Part shown: one piece after another, positions 1 to 9,988 of the stretch
How positions within the stretch are numbered: position 1 is the first letter of the stretch
How the letters are laid out: each line of letters starts with the position of its first letter
NCBI GenBank assembly: GCA_964425055.1
Contig: CAYRKU010000003.1
Coordinates: 1,894 to 44,383 of the forward strand
Length of the DNA: 42,490 nt
Reading direction: 5' to 3'
Source of the DNA: an uncultured Lawsonia sp.
GTDB lineage: Bacteria; Desulfobacterota; Desulfovibrionia; Desulfovibrionales; Desulfovibrionaceae
Notes under the pieces: generated by a model
What the model was told of the DNA's origin: nothing
The model's input: the letters and a program-made list of their open reading frames with translations, nothing else
Database searches by the model: none
Program-made: the position numbers and the translations under genes

Positions 1-419
1 GGATACGTTGGAATGTCAAACTTTCAGAGGCAGATTTTGAAGAAGCCCGGCTGAATTTTACGGAAAGTGTCACCACTGCCCTGAATGAAGTGGATACAGC
101 TTATCTGGCCTACCGGAAATCACGCCAGATTTTGGAACAGATGGTCGCCAAACATGATCGTGATCTGCGCATCAGCAGCTATTATCAAATCCGGTACATG
201 CTTGGCGCAGGCGAACTTAAAGACTATCTTGATGCCCTGAATACGGCAGATGCATCCATGCTTGCGGCCCTGGAAGCCAAGTACACAGGCATTCGCTATG
301 AAAACCAGATTTACAAAGCAATGGGCGGCCGTTACGAGCCCCTTCCGGTCAGGCCAGCCCCTCCCACCACCGCGGGTACGGCGGCATCTGATCGGCCAGC
401 GCCACCGGATCGCCAATAA
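1..419 (+). CDS. TolC-family outer membrane efflux protein, C-terminal part (5' end outside window)
   Basis: Frame open from base 3 (IRWNVKLSEADFEEARLNFTESVTTALNEVDTAY...RYMLGAGELKDYLDA...IYKAMGG), matching the OEP/TolC second repeat. Confidence 0.75.
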   Translation, partial: IRWNVKLSEADFEEARLNFTESVTTALNEVDTAYLAYRKSRQILEQMVAKHDRDLRISSYYQIRYMLGAGELKDYLDALNTADASMLAALEAKYTGIRYENQIYKAMGGRYEPLPVRPAPPTTAGTAASDRPAPPDRQ

Positions 420-1476
420 TCGGGGTCAGGAGACGGGGCAACCCCACCCCCTGACAGGCTGCGGCAACGCGGCGGAATGGCTCGTCCCATGGATGATAGG
501 CCAAAGAAAATTTGCCAATATGTGCCGGCAGCAGATGTCTGGCCTGCAGATCCTGCGCGGCCTGAACGGTTTCCTCCGGCATCATATGGATATACGGCCA
601 GCGCTCGTTGTATTGTCCACAATCCAGCAGGGCCAGATCAAAAGCGCCAAAACGTTTTCCCAGTTCTGCGAAGTGCGGCCCATACCCGCTGTCTCCGCTG
701 AAAAATACCCGATGACGCGGTGTTTCCAGCACATATCCAACCCACAGGCTTTTATTGCGGACCAGGGCACGCCCCGAATAATGCCGAGCCGGAATCGCAT
801 GGATTCGCAGCCCGGTATCCAAATCCAGAGCATCGCCCCAGTCCACTTCCTGGACACGATCTTCCGCAAAGCCCCAACGCCGGAAATGAGCCCCCGTTCC
901 CAGCCCGCAAACCACCTTTCGGATACGGTTTTTCAGAGCCATCACTGTGGGGTAATCCAGATGATCCCAGTGATCATGTGAAATCAACAGACAGTCGATA
1001 TCCGGCATATCCAATGCCGTATAGGGTGTCGCCCCCGGAAAGGCCCGTGTGCTGAAAGAAACCGGCGCGGCCCAGCCGCTGAAAACCGGGTCCACAAGAA
1101 CACGGTACCGGCCGGACTGGAACAGAAATGAAGAATGCCCCAGCCAGATTATCCAGTCACGGGCCTGATCCAGAACCGCGATGTCAGCCCGGCGTGCCGG
1201 AAGCGGACCCTGTGGCGCCGGGTTATCCCGTTTTTCCAGCAGGAAGCGAAGCAGGGAGACAACAAAACTTTCGTCTGTATTCAAAATTGGGCTTGGGGTC
1301 AGGTTCTGAAACTCTCCGCCCACATAATGCGGCGAAGCCAAAATACGCTCCAGAGCAGCCCCTTCCGGATACGCGCCAAACTGTTCCTGGCGAAGGAATG
1401 CCCATATCCCGCCCCCGGCACTGCCGGAAAGAACACCTAGGCCCGCCAGCAGCCTGAGAAAAAGCCTTCTGGTCAT
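349..1476 (-). CDS. MBL-fold metallo-hydrolase (RomA/NAPE-PLD-like) with twin-arginine signal peptide
   Basis: WLGHSS, DPVF, SHDHWDHLD (HxHxDH), ARHYSGR, GDSGY and PAH motifs. Start moved to ATG 1476 after GAGGAG. N-terminus MTRRLFLR is followed by a hydrophobic stretch. Confidence 0.85.
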   Translation of the reverse strand: MTRRLFLRLLAGLGVLSGSAGGGIWAFLRQEQFGAYPEGAALERILASPHYVGGEFQNLTPSPILNTDESFVVSLLRFLLEKRDNPAPQGPLPARRADIAVLDQARDWIIWLGHSSFLFQSGRYRVLVDPVFSGWAAPVSFSTRAFPGATPYTALDMPDIDCLLISHDHWDHLDYPTVMALKNRIRKVVCGLGTGAHFRRWGFAEDRVQEVDWGDALDLDTGLRIHAIPARHYSGRALVRNKSLWVGYVLETPRHRVFFSGDSGYGPHFAELGKRFGAFDLALLDCGQYNERWPYIHMMPEETVQAAQDLQARHLLPAHIGKFSLAYHPWDEPFRRVAAACQGVGLPRLLTPIIGDPVALADQMPPYPRWWEGLA

Positions 1477-1549
1477 ACACTCCTCACCCCATATCCGGTG
1501 CACAGCCAAGCCCGGCCGGACCCGGGCAGCTGCCGCGCAACACGCTGTT

Positions 1550-2320
1550 TCAGCGTTTCCACACATTCAGGAAGGATGCGGCGCTTCCGCCGGCATCAAG
1601 ATGTTTCAGCAGTGCGCTGCCAAACACCACGGCATCAGGGCGCTTTTCCGGCGGCAGGCCGGCCAGCTGCCCTGGCTCGCGCAGGCCAAACCCCAGAGCC
1701 ACAGGGATAGAAAAGGCACGCCGGGCCCGCTCCAGCGTGATTTCCACTTCCGGGGGCAGTCCATCCCGTTCACCTGTGGTCCCCAGTACGGAGACCACAT
1801 ACGCATAGCCCCGGCTTACCTTAGCATACATAGACATTCGCTCTTCCGGAGTATTGGGCCCCACAAGGGCAAGGAGATCTATCCCCTGGCGGTTGAGCGC
1901 TTCCCGAAAGGAATAACTTTCATCCAATGGCAAATCCGGCACAATGCAGCCGTGCACCCCGGCCAGGGCCGCATCTGTGGCAAAACGTTCCAGTCCATAC
2001 TGCAAAAAGGGGTTCATATACCCCATCAGCACCAGCCCAGCCCGGATACTCCCGGCCCGGCGGAGCAGATCTTCAATCAAGCCGGAAAGGGTCACCCCCA
2101 GCCGCAACGCCCGCTGGGAGGCGCTTTCCACCACCGGGCCGTCGGCCACAGGGTCAGAAAAAGGTACGCCTATTTCAATAATATCCGCGCCGCACGTATC
2201 CAACTCATGTAAAACAGTCCAAAAACGATCCTTGTCCGGAAAGCCGGCGGTAAGAAAGGGGATAAGCGCTGTCCGGCCTTCCGCCCTGGCTGCCTGTATT
2301 TTCTGTTCCAAAATCGACAT
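1550..2320 (-). CDS. trpA: Tryptophan synthase alpha chain
   Basis: LIPFLTAGFP, IEIGVPFSDPVADGPVV, MGYMNP and VPDLP motifs; last gene of the trp operon. Confidence 0.97.
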   Translation of the reverse strand: MSILEQKIQAARAEGRTALIPFLTAGFPDKDRFWTVLHELDTCGADIIEIGVPFSDPVADGPVVESASQRALRLGVTLSGLIEDLLRRAGSIRAGLVLMGYMNPFLQYGLERFATDAALAGVHGCIVPDLPLDESYSFREALNRQGIDLLALVGPNTPEERMSMYAKVSRGYAYVVSVLGTTGERDGLPPEVEITLERARRAFSIPVALGFGLREPGQLAGLPPEKRPDAVVFGSALLKHLDAGGSAASFLNVWKR

Positions 2321-2333
2321 GCTTTTGCCCTCC

Positions 2334-3524
2334 TTAAAGGCGCAGCGCGCTTACCTGCTCAGGCAACGGATGCCCGGCCACAATATCCATATCCTTATCC
2401 CCACGGCCAGACAGATTGACAACCACGTTTCCGCCTCTGGGGAAACGATCGGGATGTTCCAGAACCCAGGCTAGCGCGTGTGAAGACTCCAGCGCCGGCA
2501 GGATACCCTCCGCGCGGCACAGCTCCGCAAAGGCATTAAGTGCCCCGGCGTCATTCACCAACCCGTAAAAAACGCGGCCCGTAGCGTTGAAATAGGCATG
2601 CTCCGGCCCCACGCCGGGATAATCCAATCCGGCTGAAACAGAGCCTGACGGTAAAATCTGCCCATCGGCATCCTGCAGGAGCATGGTAAGCTCCCCATGC
2701 AGCACTCCTGGAGAACCCAGATTCAGCGGGGCGGAATTCTGGCAGCCAGGCTCGCCGCTACCCGCCGCTTCTACGCCTTCTAGGCGTACTTCAGCGTCAT
2801 CAATAAACGGATGAAACATGCCGATGGCATTTGAACCGCCGCCCACGCAGGCCACAACCACATCAGGCAGTTTACCGGTCAGCTTCAGCATTTGGGCTCG
2901 TGTTTCCCGGCCGATCACACTCTGAAAATCGCGCACCAATGTGGGGAATGGATGCGGCCCGGCCGCCGTGCCAAAGCAATAATGAGTGCTTTCCTGAGCG
3001 GCTATCCAATACCGCAGTGCTTCGTTAATGGCGTCCTTCAAAGTTTGGCTGCCGCTCCGCACCGGCTGTACCACAGCGCCCAGCAGCCTCATCCTTCGGA
3101 CGTTTGACGACTGGCGTTCCACATCTTCCGCACCCATAAAAATGGTGCAGTCCATGCCCAGGCGCGCAGCGGCAGCCGCCGTGGCCACACCGTGCTGGCC
3201 GGCGCCGGTTTCAGCCACCAGGGCTGTTTTGCCCATATGTTTGGCCAATAACGCCTGACCCAGGGTGTTGTTGATTTTGTGCGCGCCTGTGTGCAGCAAA
3301 TCCTCCCGCTTTAACCACAGGGAGAAACCCAACCGCTCTGAAAGCGTGGGGCACAGAGTCAGTGGGGTTTCACGTCCGGCATAGTTGCGCAGCAAATCGT
3401 TCAGCTCCGCCTGAAAAGCGGCAGTTGGCAGAATGTCGCACATGGCCTCTTCCAGTTCATTCAGCGGCGGTATAAGCAGCTCAGGCACGAACTGCCCCCC
3501 GAATTGTCCGAAGTAGCCTTTCAT
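2334..3524 (-). CDS. trpB: Tryptophan synthase beta chain (operon copy, TrpB1 type)
   Basis: [15 protein letters not shown] (PLP lysine), [37 protein letters not shown]. Confidence 0.98.
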   Translation of the reverse strand: MKGYFGQFGGQFVPELLIPPLNELEEAMCDILPTAAFQAELNDLLRNYAGRETPLTLCPTLSERLGFSLWLKREDLLHTGAHKINNTLGQALLAKHMGKTALVAETGAGQHGVATAAAAARLGMDCTIFMGAEDVERQSSNVRRMRLLGAVVQPVRSGSQTLKDAINEALRYWIAAQESTHYCFGTAAGPHPFPTLVRDFQSVIGRETRAQMLKLTGKLPDVVVACVGGGSNAIGMFHPFIDDAEVRLEGVEAAGSGEPGCQNSAPLNLGSPGVLHGELTMLLQDADGQILPSGSVSAGLDYPGVGPEHAYFNATGRVFYGLVNDAGALNAFAELCRAEGILPALESSHALAWVLEHPDRFPRGGNVVVNLSGRGDKDMDIVAGHPLPEQVSALRL

Positions 3525-4234
3525 CAGCGTGCTTCCTTTTCGGCTTTGTTATAAGGGCAAAAGGTACCGGCAGCACACGGTTGCGCAACTGTGGCCCCGG
3601 GTAATTTTCCAATTGCGCGCATGGCTGCTGCCATGCGCTGGTGATCCTTACATCCGGGGGCCGATTCCAGCCCGGAATTGAGGTCAACACCATAAAAGGC
3701 AACGTCATGGCAGGCAGCGACGGCTTCAGCCACTGTGTCCGGGCCAAGGCCTCCGGCCAGCAGCCACGGCCGGGGGGAATGCAATCCGGCCAGGCTCTCC
3801 AGCGCAATACGGCTGCCGCTCCCACCCCAGCTTGTGCCCGCATCCAGCAGAAACATTCCGGCTGTAGGGGCATAATGGCGCATGGCTGCTTCCAGCTGGA
3901 CTTTGTCAGCATAGCGGGCAGGCCACAGCACCCGGATAATTCGCCCGGCTGGAAGGCGCATGGCACGCACGCACGCTTCCGGCTGGTCACCATGCAGCTG
4001 CAGTATATCCAGACGCGCCTTACACATCAGGCCAAGCAGCTTCTCAGGGTCAGCGTCCACAACCACTCCCACACGGGTGCACCCCCGGCTGTTCAGCTTT
4101 GCCGCCTCTTCCGGCAGGATACAGCGCTGGCTGCCCGCCGCAAAAATAAAACCGCACATGTCCGCGCCCAAGCTCACGGCGCAGTCCACATCTTCCTGGC
4201 GGCGCAGGCCGCATATTTTCACGTGGAGCGTCAT
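3524..4234 (-). CDS. trpF: Phosphoribosylanthranilate isomerase
   Basis: VKICGL, QLHG, LAGGL and [16 protein letters not shown] motifs. Confidence 0.95.
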   Translation of the reverse strand: MTLHVKICGLRRQEDVDCAVSLGADMCGFIFAAGSQRCILPEEAAKLNSRGCTRVGVVVDADPEKLLGLMCKARLDILQLHGDQPEACVRAMRLPAGRIIRVLWPARYADKVQLEAAMRHYAPTAGMFLLDAGTSWGGSGSRIALESLAGLHSPRPWLLAGGLGPDTVAEAVAACHDVAFYGVDLNSGLESAPGCKDHQRMAAAMRAIGKLPGATVAQPCAAGTFCPYNKAEKEAR

Positions 4235-5091
4235 GCACTTTCCCTCAACACCCGCGCCTGGAACACCTTTGCCGCGCTATCCTGCTCATTCAGCGCTGAC
4301 TGGGCGTCCCGCCCCAGCAGGGCGGCCAGCGCCTTGCCCGGCCGACCGCCACGCATCAGCGCGGTACCCACCAACACAGCCTGATAGCCGCAATCCGCAG
4401 CCTGCTTTAAGTGGGCGGGCCGATCCATCCCACTGGCCGCAATCCATATTTCCTCTGGCCCCGCGGTGCGGAAGCGTTCCGCCAGGCGCATGCAGGCGGC
4501 CCTGTCCACATGCAGTGTATCCAGATCGCGGGCGTTTACCTGAATAATCCGGGCGCCCGATTCCCTGGCCAGGCGTAAATCTGTTTCATCAAACACTTCC
4601 ACTACGGCATCCATGCCGCCCGCTTCAGCCTGTTCACGCAGGCGGCGCAGAGTTACCGCATCAGGGGTAAGCCGGACAATCAGCAACAGGGCCGAAGCCG
4701 GAGTGGCCAGCGTAGCATTCACCTGCAACGGGTCAAAAATAAAATCTTTGCGCAGCAGGGGGAGGCAGGGGCCGCTCATGCGAGAAAGGTAGCGAATATT
4801 GCCTTTGAAAAAGATTTCTTCAGTCAGTACTGACAGGCAGTCTGCCCCGTTCACAGCGTACTCCCGGGCAGCTGTTTCCGGTGTGATGTTCAGGGCAATA
4901 TCTCCACAGGAAGGAGAGGCCCGCTTGTATTCTGCAATCACGCGTACCGGGGCGCTCCCCGCTGCAGTTAGGGCCGCAGCAAACGAAGGCCGACCCCCGG
5001 GAAAAGGAACGGGGGCCAGGCCTGCATTTTCCAGCTGGCGTAAACGGTGTATTTCCTGTTCTTTAGCGCGAACAAAATGTTCAAGCCGCAT
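4231..5091 (-). CDS. trpC: Indole-3-glycerol phosphate synthase
   Basis: VIAEYKRASPS, LSVLTE, LLRKDFIFDPLQ and VNARDL motifs. Confidence 0.96.
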   Translation of the reverse strand: MRLEHFVRAKEQEIHRLRQLENAGLAPVPFPGGRPSFAAALTAAGSAPVRVIAEYKRASPSCGDIALNITPETAAREYAVNGADCLSVLTEEIFFKGNIRYLSRMSGPCLPLLRKDFIFDPLQVNATLATPASALLLIVRLTPDAVTLRRLREQAEAGGMDAVVEVFDETDLRLARESGARIIQVNARDLDTLHVDRAACMRLAERFRTAGPEEIWIAASGMDRPAHLKQAADCGYQAVLVGTALMRGGRPGKALAALLGRDAQSALNEQDSAAKVFQARVLRESA

Positions 5092-6079
5092 GAATCACTC
5101 TCCCGCCCACGCCGGCAGCGACTGCCTCCCGCGCTTTGGCCATGCACTCCTGCAGCGGGATAGTTTCTTCCAGCAGATGCAGGCACACGCCTATATTAAG
5201 TACCAGCATATCTTGCATGGCTTTTGGGCCGCCGCCTGAAAGCAGGTCTCGCAGAACATGTACAGCTTCTTCCCGGCTGTGCACGCTCAGCTCTTCAGGC
5301 CGGCACGGCGCAATGCCAAAGTCAGCCGGGTTCAGGGTATACTGCTCCAGTTTACCCTCCCGCAGTAAAATCATTTCATTGGGGCCAAGCTGGGTGATTT
5401 CGTCATAGCCGCCGGCACCGCACACCACAGCAGCCCGTTGTACTGAAGTCAGGGCCAGGGTTTCGGCCATCAAGCGCACCTGATTAGGCCGGGCCACGCC
5501 AAGCAGAATATGCGTAGGCTGGGCAGGGTTGACCAGAGGGCCGAGCAGGTTGAACAGGGTCCGGATGCCCAGTTCTTTACGAATGGGGGCAATGTTGCGG
5601 AAAGATGGATGAAAATGCTGCGCAAAAAGAAACACAAAATTGTTCTTCTTCAGCAGCTCGCCGGCTTTGGCCGGGTCAATATGCAAATCCACACCCAACC
5701 CTTCCAGAACATCAGCACTGCCGCTTGTGGAAGAAGCCGCACGGTTGCCGTGCTTGGCAACCGGGTAGCCCATACCGGCCAGGGTCAGAGCCGTTCCGGT
5801 GGAGCAGTTGAAAGACGAGCGGCCGTCCCCACCGGTACCCACCACTTCAATTCGTGTCCCTTCAATGCCTTCGGCCCGTACAGCACGGGCCAGCACAACA
5901 CGTATGGCCTGGGCCATTTCCACAGGGCTTTCGCCCTTCATCCGCAGCCCCATCAAAAAGGCGCCAGCCTGTGACGGGGTCATTGCCCCATCCATCAACG
6001 CAGTAAAGCCGTCAAAGGCCATGTCTTCGCTCAGATTGTTTCCCAAAGCCAATGTTTCAAGAATAGTGCTGATGCTCAT
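5081..6079 (-). CDS. trpD: Anthranilate phosphoribosyltransferase
   Basis: GTGGDG, FNCST, KHGNRAASSTSGSAD and RTLFNLLGPL motifs. Confidence 0.97.
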   Translation of the reverse strand: MSISTILETLALGNNLSEDMAFDGFTALMDGAMTPSQAGAFLMGLRMKGESPVEMAQAIRVVLARAVRAEGIEGTRIEVVGTGGDGRSSFNCSTGTALTLAGMGYPVAKHGNRAASSTSGSADVLEGLGVDLHIDPAKAGELLKKNNFVFLFAQHFHPSFRNIAPIRKELGIRTLFNLLGPLVNPAQPTHILLGVARPNQVRLMAETLALTSVQRAAVVCGAGGYDEITQLGPNEMILLREGKLEQYTLNPADFGIAPCRPEELSVHSREEAVHVLRDLLSGGGPKAMQDMLVLNIGVCLHLLEETIPLQECMAKAREAVAAGVGGRVIHAA

Positions 6080-6669
6080 TGTATCTCCTCATTGATGACA
6101 GCCCGGGGAAAATTGGCAAGCAGCTGCAGTCCGTCCGGTGTAAGGATTGATTCCGGATGAAACTGCACGCCCACCCACGGGCGATCTTTGTAACGTAATG
6201 CCATGATTTCACCTTCCGGAGCGCGGGCGGTTACCGTAAACGGGCACTGGGCAGCATCCATATCCGGATACACCACCAGCGAATGGTAGCGCCCCACACG
6301 CATTGGGTTGGGCAGGCCGGAAAACAACCCCGTACCATCATGCCGGATATCAGACGTTTTGCCGTGCATAACCCGTGGACCGGGAATAACACGTGCCCCG
6401 GCGAACAGGCCCAGGGCCTGATGCCCAAGGCAGACACCCAATATCGGAATTTCTGGAGCGATCCGATGCAAAAATTCCAGGCACAGGCCCGCATTTTGCG
6501 GATGGCCAGGCCCGGGGGAGATGCACACCATGCTCAGCTGTGCGTTCTGCGCCATATCCAGCAGGCGTGGATCGTCGTTTTTCAGTACAACCGGCGGCTG
6601 CCCAAGGCTATAAAAGGCCTGGACCAGATTGTAGGTAAACGAATCGTAATTATCGATCAGCAGAAACAT
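6076..6669 (-). CDS. trpG: Anthranilate synthase component II (glutamine amidotransferase)
   Basis: IDNYDSFTYNL, SPGPG, GVCLGHQ, RYHSL, QFHPES; start moved to ATG 6669. Confidence 0.96.
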   Translation of the reverse strand: MFLLIDNYDSFTYNLVQAFYSLGQPPVVLKNDDPRLLDMAQNAQLSMVCISPGPGHPQNAGLCLEFLHRIAPEIPILGVCLGHQALGLFAGARVIPGPRVMHGKTSDIRHDGTGLFSGLPNPMRVGRYHSLVVYPDMDAAQCPFTVTARAPEGEIMALRYKDRPWVGVQFHPESILTPDGLQLLANFPRAVINEEIQ

Positions 6670-8077
6670 GTTCTTCACTCCCATAATTAAGCACAGCGCG
6701 GATCACAGCAGATTTGTTGCACACTTCCTTCCATTCCAGGGCCGGGTTGGAATCGTGTACAATACCAGCCCCGGCCTGCCAGTTGATTCGGCCGTCTTTC
6801 AGCCACATGCTGCGGATGATGATCCCGGTATCCAAATTTACGCTTCCCGCATCCAGGCCAATCCAACCCATACATCCGGCATAGGGGCCACGGGGCAAAT
6901 TTTCCATTTCAGCAATAATTTCCATGGCCCGCACCTTAGGTGCGCCGCTTACCGTACCGGCAGGGAAGGTTGCCGCCAATACATCCAGGGCATCCAGCCC
7001 GGGCTGCAGCCGGGCCGTGATCCGCGAGGTCAAATGCATCACATGGGAGAAGCGTTCCACTTCCATCAGCCGCTCCACATTCACTGTACCTGGGCTGGCA
7101 ATACTGCCCAGGTCATTTCGGCCAAGGTCCACCAGCATCACATGTTCCGCCTGCTCCTTCGGGTCTTCCCGCAGTTCATCAGCTAGGCGAATGTCTTCCG
7201 CATCGTCCACACCGCGCCGCCGCGTCCCGGCAATGGGCGAAAGCTGTAACAGACCATCAGTACAACGCACCATTACTTCCGGCGAAGCGCTGATCAGTGT
7301 CAAATCCGGCAAATCCATGTAGACCATGTAGGGCGAAGGGTTCAGCTGCCGTATCCGGCGGTACAGAGAAAATGTATCCCCCGTAAAGGATGCGCTGAAG
7401 CGGCAGGAGGGCACTATTTGAATGGCCTCGCCCAGGCGAAGCATTTCCCTGGTTTGCTCTACCACCCGCATGTATCCTTCCTGGCCGGGGTCAGCCTGTA
7501 CGGCGTCTTCATCTATGGGCGGAAAGGCAGCCGCAGGTTGGGAAGCTGCCCCGCATATGTCCCGTTGCGGGCCAAGGCTGGCCTGGAAAAGCCTGTTGTA
7601 CAGATGATCAAACATCAACACCGTACCGGCCAGCACCAGACAGGCATCGGCATCCGCACCGGGTAAACATCCGGCCAGTTTTGGGTTGAACAGCCCGGCC
7701 ATACCGTAGCCAAAATATCCGTATAAAGCCCGTGTGATCGGTGGCAGGCTATTCCCGGCAGAGGCTTCAAGGCGCAGGCAGCGCATCAGCTGCCGCAGCC
7801 CGTCAATAAACGGCAGCCCGTTCAATACAGCCAGGGGGGCAAGGCGATCGTCGGCAATGTCTACGGCCAGAGCGCCATCTTTACACCGAACTGTCAGCAA
7901 ATAGTCCCCACCCAATACACTGTAACGTCCCCATCGCCCGTCCACCTCCGCGCTTTCCAGAAGAATCCCAGGCCTATCCCTGCATAAACCAAGGAAAAGG
8001 CTGATAGGCGTGTCCATATCCGCAGGCAGGCGACGCACTGTCTGACGCAAAATAATGGGAGAAAGGGAAACTGACAT
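6650..8077 (-). CDS. trpE: Anthranilate synthase component I
   Basis: LLES, NPSPYM, PIAGTR, AEHVMLVDLGRNDL, FPAGTVSGAPK and QAGAGIV motifs. Confidence 0.96.
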   Translation of the reverse strand: MSVSLSPIILRQTVRRLPADMDTPISLFLGLCRDRPGILLESAEVDGRWGRYSVLGGDYLLTVRCKDGALAVDIADDRLAPLAVLNGLPFIDGLRQLMRCLRLEASAGNSLPPITRALYGYFGYGMAGLFNPKLAGCLPGADADACLVLAGTVLMFDHLYNRLFQASLGPQRDICGAASQPAAAFPPIDEDAVQADPGQEGYMRVVEQTREMLRLGEAIQIVPSCRFSASFTGDTFSLYRRIRQLNPSPYMVYMDLPDLTLISASPEVMVRCTDGLLQLSPIAGTRRRGVDDAEDIRLADELREDPKEQAEHVMLVDLGRNDLGSIASPGTVNVERLMEVERFSHVMHLTSRITARLQPGLDALDVLAATFPAGTVSGAPKVRAMEIIAEMENLPRGPYAGCMGWIGLDAGSVNLDTGIIIRSMWLKDGRINWQAGAGIVHDSNPALEWKEVCNKSAVIRAVLNYGSEEHVSADR

Positions 8078-8103
8078 TGCGGCAATCCTCAGGTTACAGA
8101 TTC

Positions 8104-8135
8104 AAAAAAGCGCCACCCTAGGGAAAGGATGGCGC
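8104..8135 (-). terminator. trp attenuator terminator hairpin
   Basis: Minus strand GCGCCATCCT-TTCCCT-AGGGTGGCGC-TTTTTT: a 10-bp stem with one G-U pair plus U6, just upstream of trpE. Confidence 0.88.
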
Positions 8136-8167
8136 CTGCGACAACACGGTCAGAACCGGAAAGCGGC

Positions 8168-8251
8168 CTACACAGCCCGCACCCCTCCCTTCGCATCTGT
8201 AATGCGCCACCACCGAAACTGGACAGAACGGGAAAGAAAGAAACAGGACAT
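8168..8251 (-). CDS. trpL: trp operon leader peptide (27 aa, MSCFFLSRSVQFRWWRITDAKGGVRAV)
   Basis: Translated by hand. Tandem TGG TGG codons lie between the promoter and the terminator; too short for the ORF track. Confidence 0.85.
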   Translation of the reverse strand: MSCFFLSRSVQFRWWRITDAKGGVRAV

Positions 8252-8284
8252 GTTGACCCCATACACTGCAAAATAACTGCCTTT

Positions 8285-8313
8285 ATCCTAAAGGGGCATT
8301 CTTGCAAAGTCAA
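8285..8313 (-). promoter_or_regulatory. Sigma70-type promoter of trp operon
   Basis: Minus strand TTGACT-17 nt-TAGGAT, about 35 nt upstream of the trpL ATG. Confidence 0.65.
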
Positions 8314-8467
8314 TGCCCCGGCAGGTATTTTTTACCGGAAAGCATCCATCGCGACACGCTGAATCCTGCCATAAAATGGCTACGGGTGATAGTTTTACCC
8401 GCCAGGTTGCCATAAACACAACCAGGCAGATATGCGGCAGTACAAAATTTTGCTAATAAAACTTTAT

Positions 8468-8496
8468 TTGACTTTTAAAATATTTTTCCCTACTCT
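8468..8496 (+). promoter_or_regulatory. Sigma70-type promoter of MATE-DtxR genes
   Basis: TTGACT-17 nt-TACTCT upstream of the AGGAG RBS and GTG 8529. Confidence 0.55.
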
Positions 8497-8528
8497 CCCC
8501 GTAGCGCCGCCGACAGGAGCTGGTACCC

Positions 8529-9968
8529 GTGGCTTTTAAACAGTTCTGCTTCTCCCTGCTGTGCCGTACCGTATCGGTCACGGCGAACCCGCACAGCCCG
8601 GTATATCCCACGAGATCAGAAACACTGCCCGCATGGCGTGAAGTCCTCCTCCTTACTTTACCCCAGGCAGGGCTGATGCTGTGCCATCTCGCCATTTCCC
8701 TTACGGACATGTGGGTGGCCGGTCAGCTTGACGCCGCAGTACAGGCCTCACTGGGTGTGGTGACGCAGCTCTTTACCCTGCTGATGCTTGTCACGTCCAT
8801 GGCCGGGGCGGGATGCATGTCCACTGTCAGCCAAGCTCTGGGGGCGGGGCTCCCCGTCCGAGCCAGCCGCTACGCCGGGCTGATTGTTCTCCTGGCGTTT
8901 GGCGCCGGCACCGGGGTAGGGTTTATGGGTCTGGCTCTGCGCGCTCCCGCCATACGCCTTTTGGGTATCCCCCCGGATCTGCAGCCGGTAATGAACACAT
9001 TCATTACCGCCTATTGCTGCCAGTTACCTCTGTATTACACGCTAATCATGTTCAATTCCATCTTCCGGGCCTACAAACTGATGCGGCTGCCCCTTTTCGC
9101 CCTAGGCCTAACCGCCGGCAGCAACTGCCTTGGCAGCCTTGGTTTTGGTCTGGGTCTGTGGGGGCTTCCGGATTACGGTTATACGGGTATAGCCTGGGCT
9201 ACTTTCGGATCTACCATACCGGGGCTGGCCTGCAATATCCTGGCTGCCCTGCGGCACGGTATCCTGAGTGCAAAAGCCTTTGCCCCGTGGCGCTGGTGCC
9301 GCCGCGCCCTGCCGTATCTCTTCAGAGTAGGTATTCCGGCTACACTGGGCCAAATTGCCACACAGGCAGGTAGCCTGGTAACCTTGGGTATTCTCAGTAC
9401 GTTGCCTGAAAATGTCGTAACCGTTGTGGCAGGAATGAGCCTTGGCACACGGGTACAGGCGCTTGTGCTGTTCCCCGTTGCCGCGCTGGGCATGAGCATA
9501 ACCGTACTGGCAGGGCATTTGCTGGGCGCCGGAAGACTGGACGACCTGTACCGGTTTGGCAGCAGGGCAGCCCTGGTTACCGGGGGAGTTCTCATCCTCC
9601 CGGCTCTGTTGCTGTATTGGCTCCGCCTGCCTGTAGCCGGTCTGTTTACCTCCGACGTAACCGTGCTGGATCAGGCCACCGTGTATCTGCCCTTTGCCTG
9701 CCTGGGCATCCCCCTGGCCGGAACGGGGATGGTGGTACACAGCACCTTTGCCGGGGCCGGGGCCACACGGCTTACCTGCCTCGTCAGCTGTACCTCTGTT
9801 TGGGCAATTGCCATCCCTCTGGGCTATACCCTCGCCGTACCCTGCCAGGCCCCCGGCGTGTACGCCGCGGGCCTGGTGGCCCAGGTAATCAGTCTTATCT
9901 GGCTGACTGCCGTATTTCGCAGTAAAAAATGGCTTGAATACGGCCAGCGAAAAGGCCACAATACGTAA
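8529..9968 (+). CDS. MATE family efflux transporter
   Basis: About 12 TM segments with DMWVAGQL, VSQALGAG and LAGHLLGAG repeats typical of MatE domains; start uncertain. Confidence 0.88.
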   Translation: MAFKQFCFSLLCRTVSVTANPHSPVYPTRSETLPAWREVLLLTLPQAGLMLCHLAISLTDMWVAGQLDAAVQASLGVVTQLFTLLMLVTSMAGAGCMSTVSQALGAGLPVRASRYAGLIVLLAFGAGTGVGFMGLALRAPAIRLLGIPPDLQPVMNTFITAYCCQLPLYYTLIMFNSIFRAYKLMRLPLFALGLTAGSNCLGSLGFGLGLWGLPDYGYTGIAWATFGSTIPGLACNILAALRHGILSAKAFAPWRWCRRALPYLFRVGIPATLGQIATQAGSLVTLGILSTLPENVVTVVAGMSLGTRVQALVLFPVAALGMSITVLAGHLLGAGRLDDLYRFGSRAALVTGGVLILPALLLYWLRLPVAGLFTSDVTVLDQATVYLPFACLGIPLAGTGMVVHSTFAGAGATRLTCLVSCTSVWAIAIPLGYTLAVPCQAPGVYAAGLVAQVISLIWLTAVFRSKKWLEYGQRKGHNT

Positions 9969-9988
9969 CACCCATTACGGAGGCCTCC

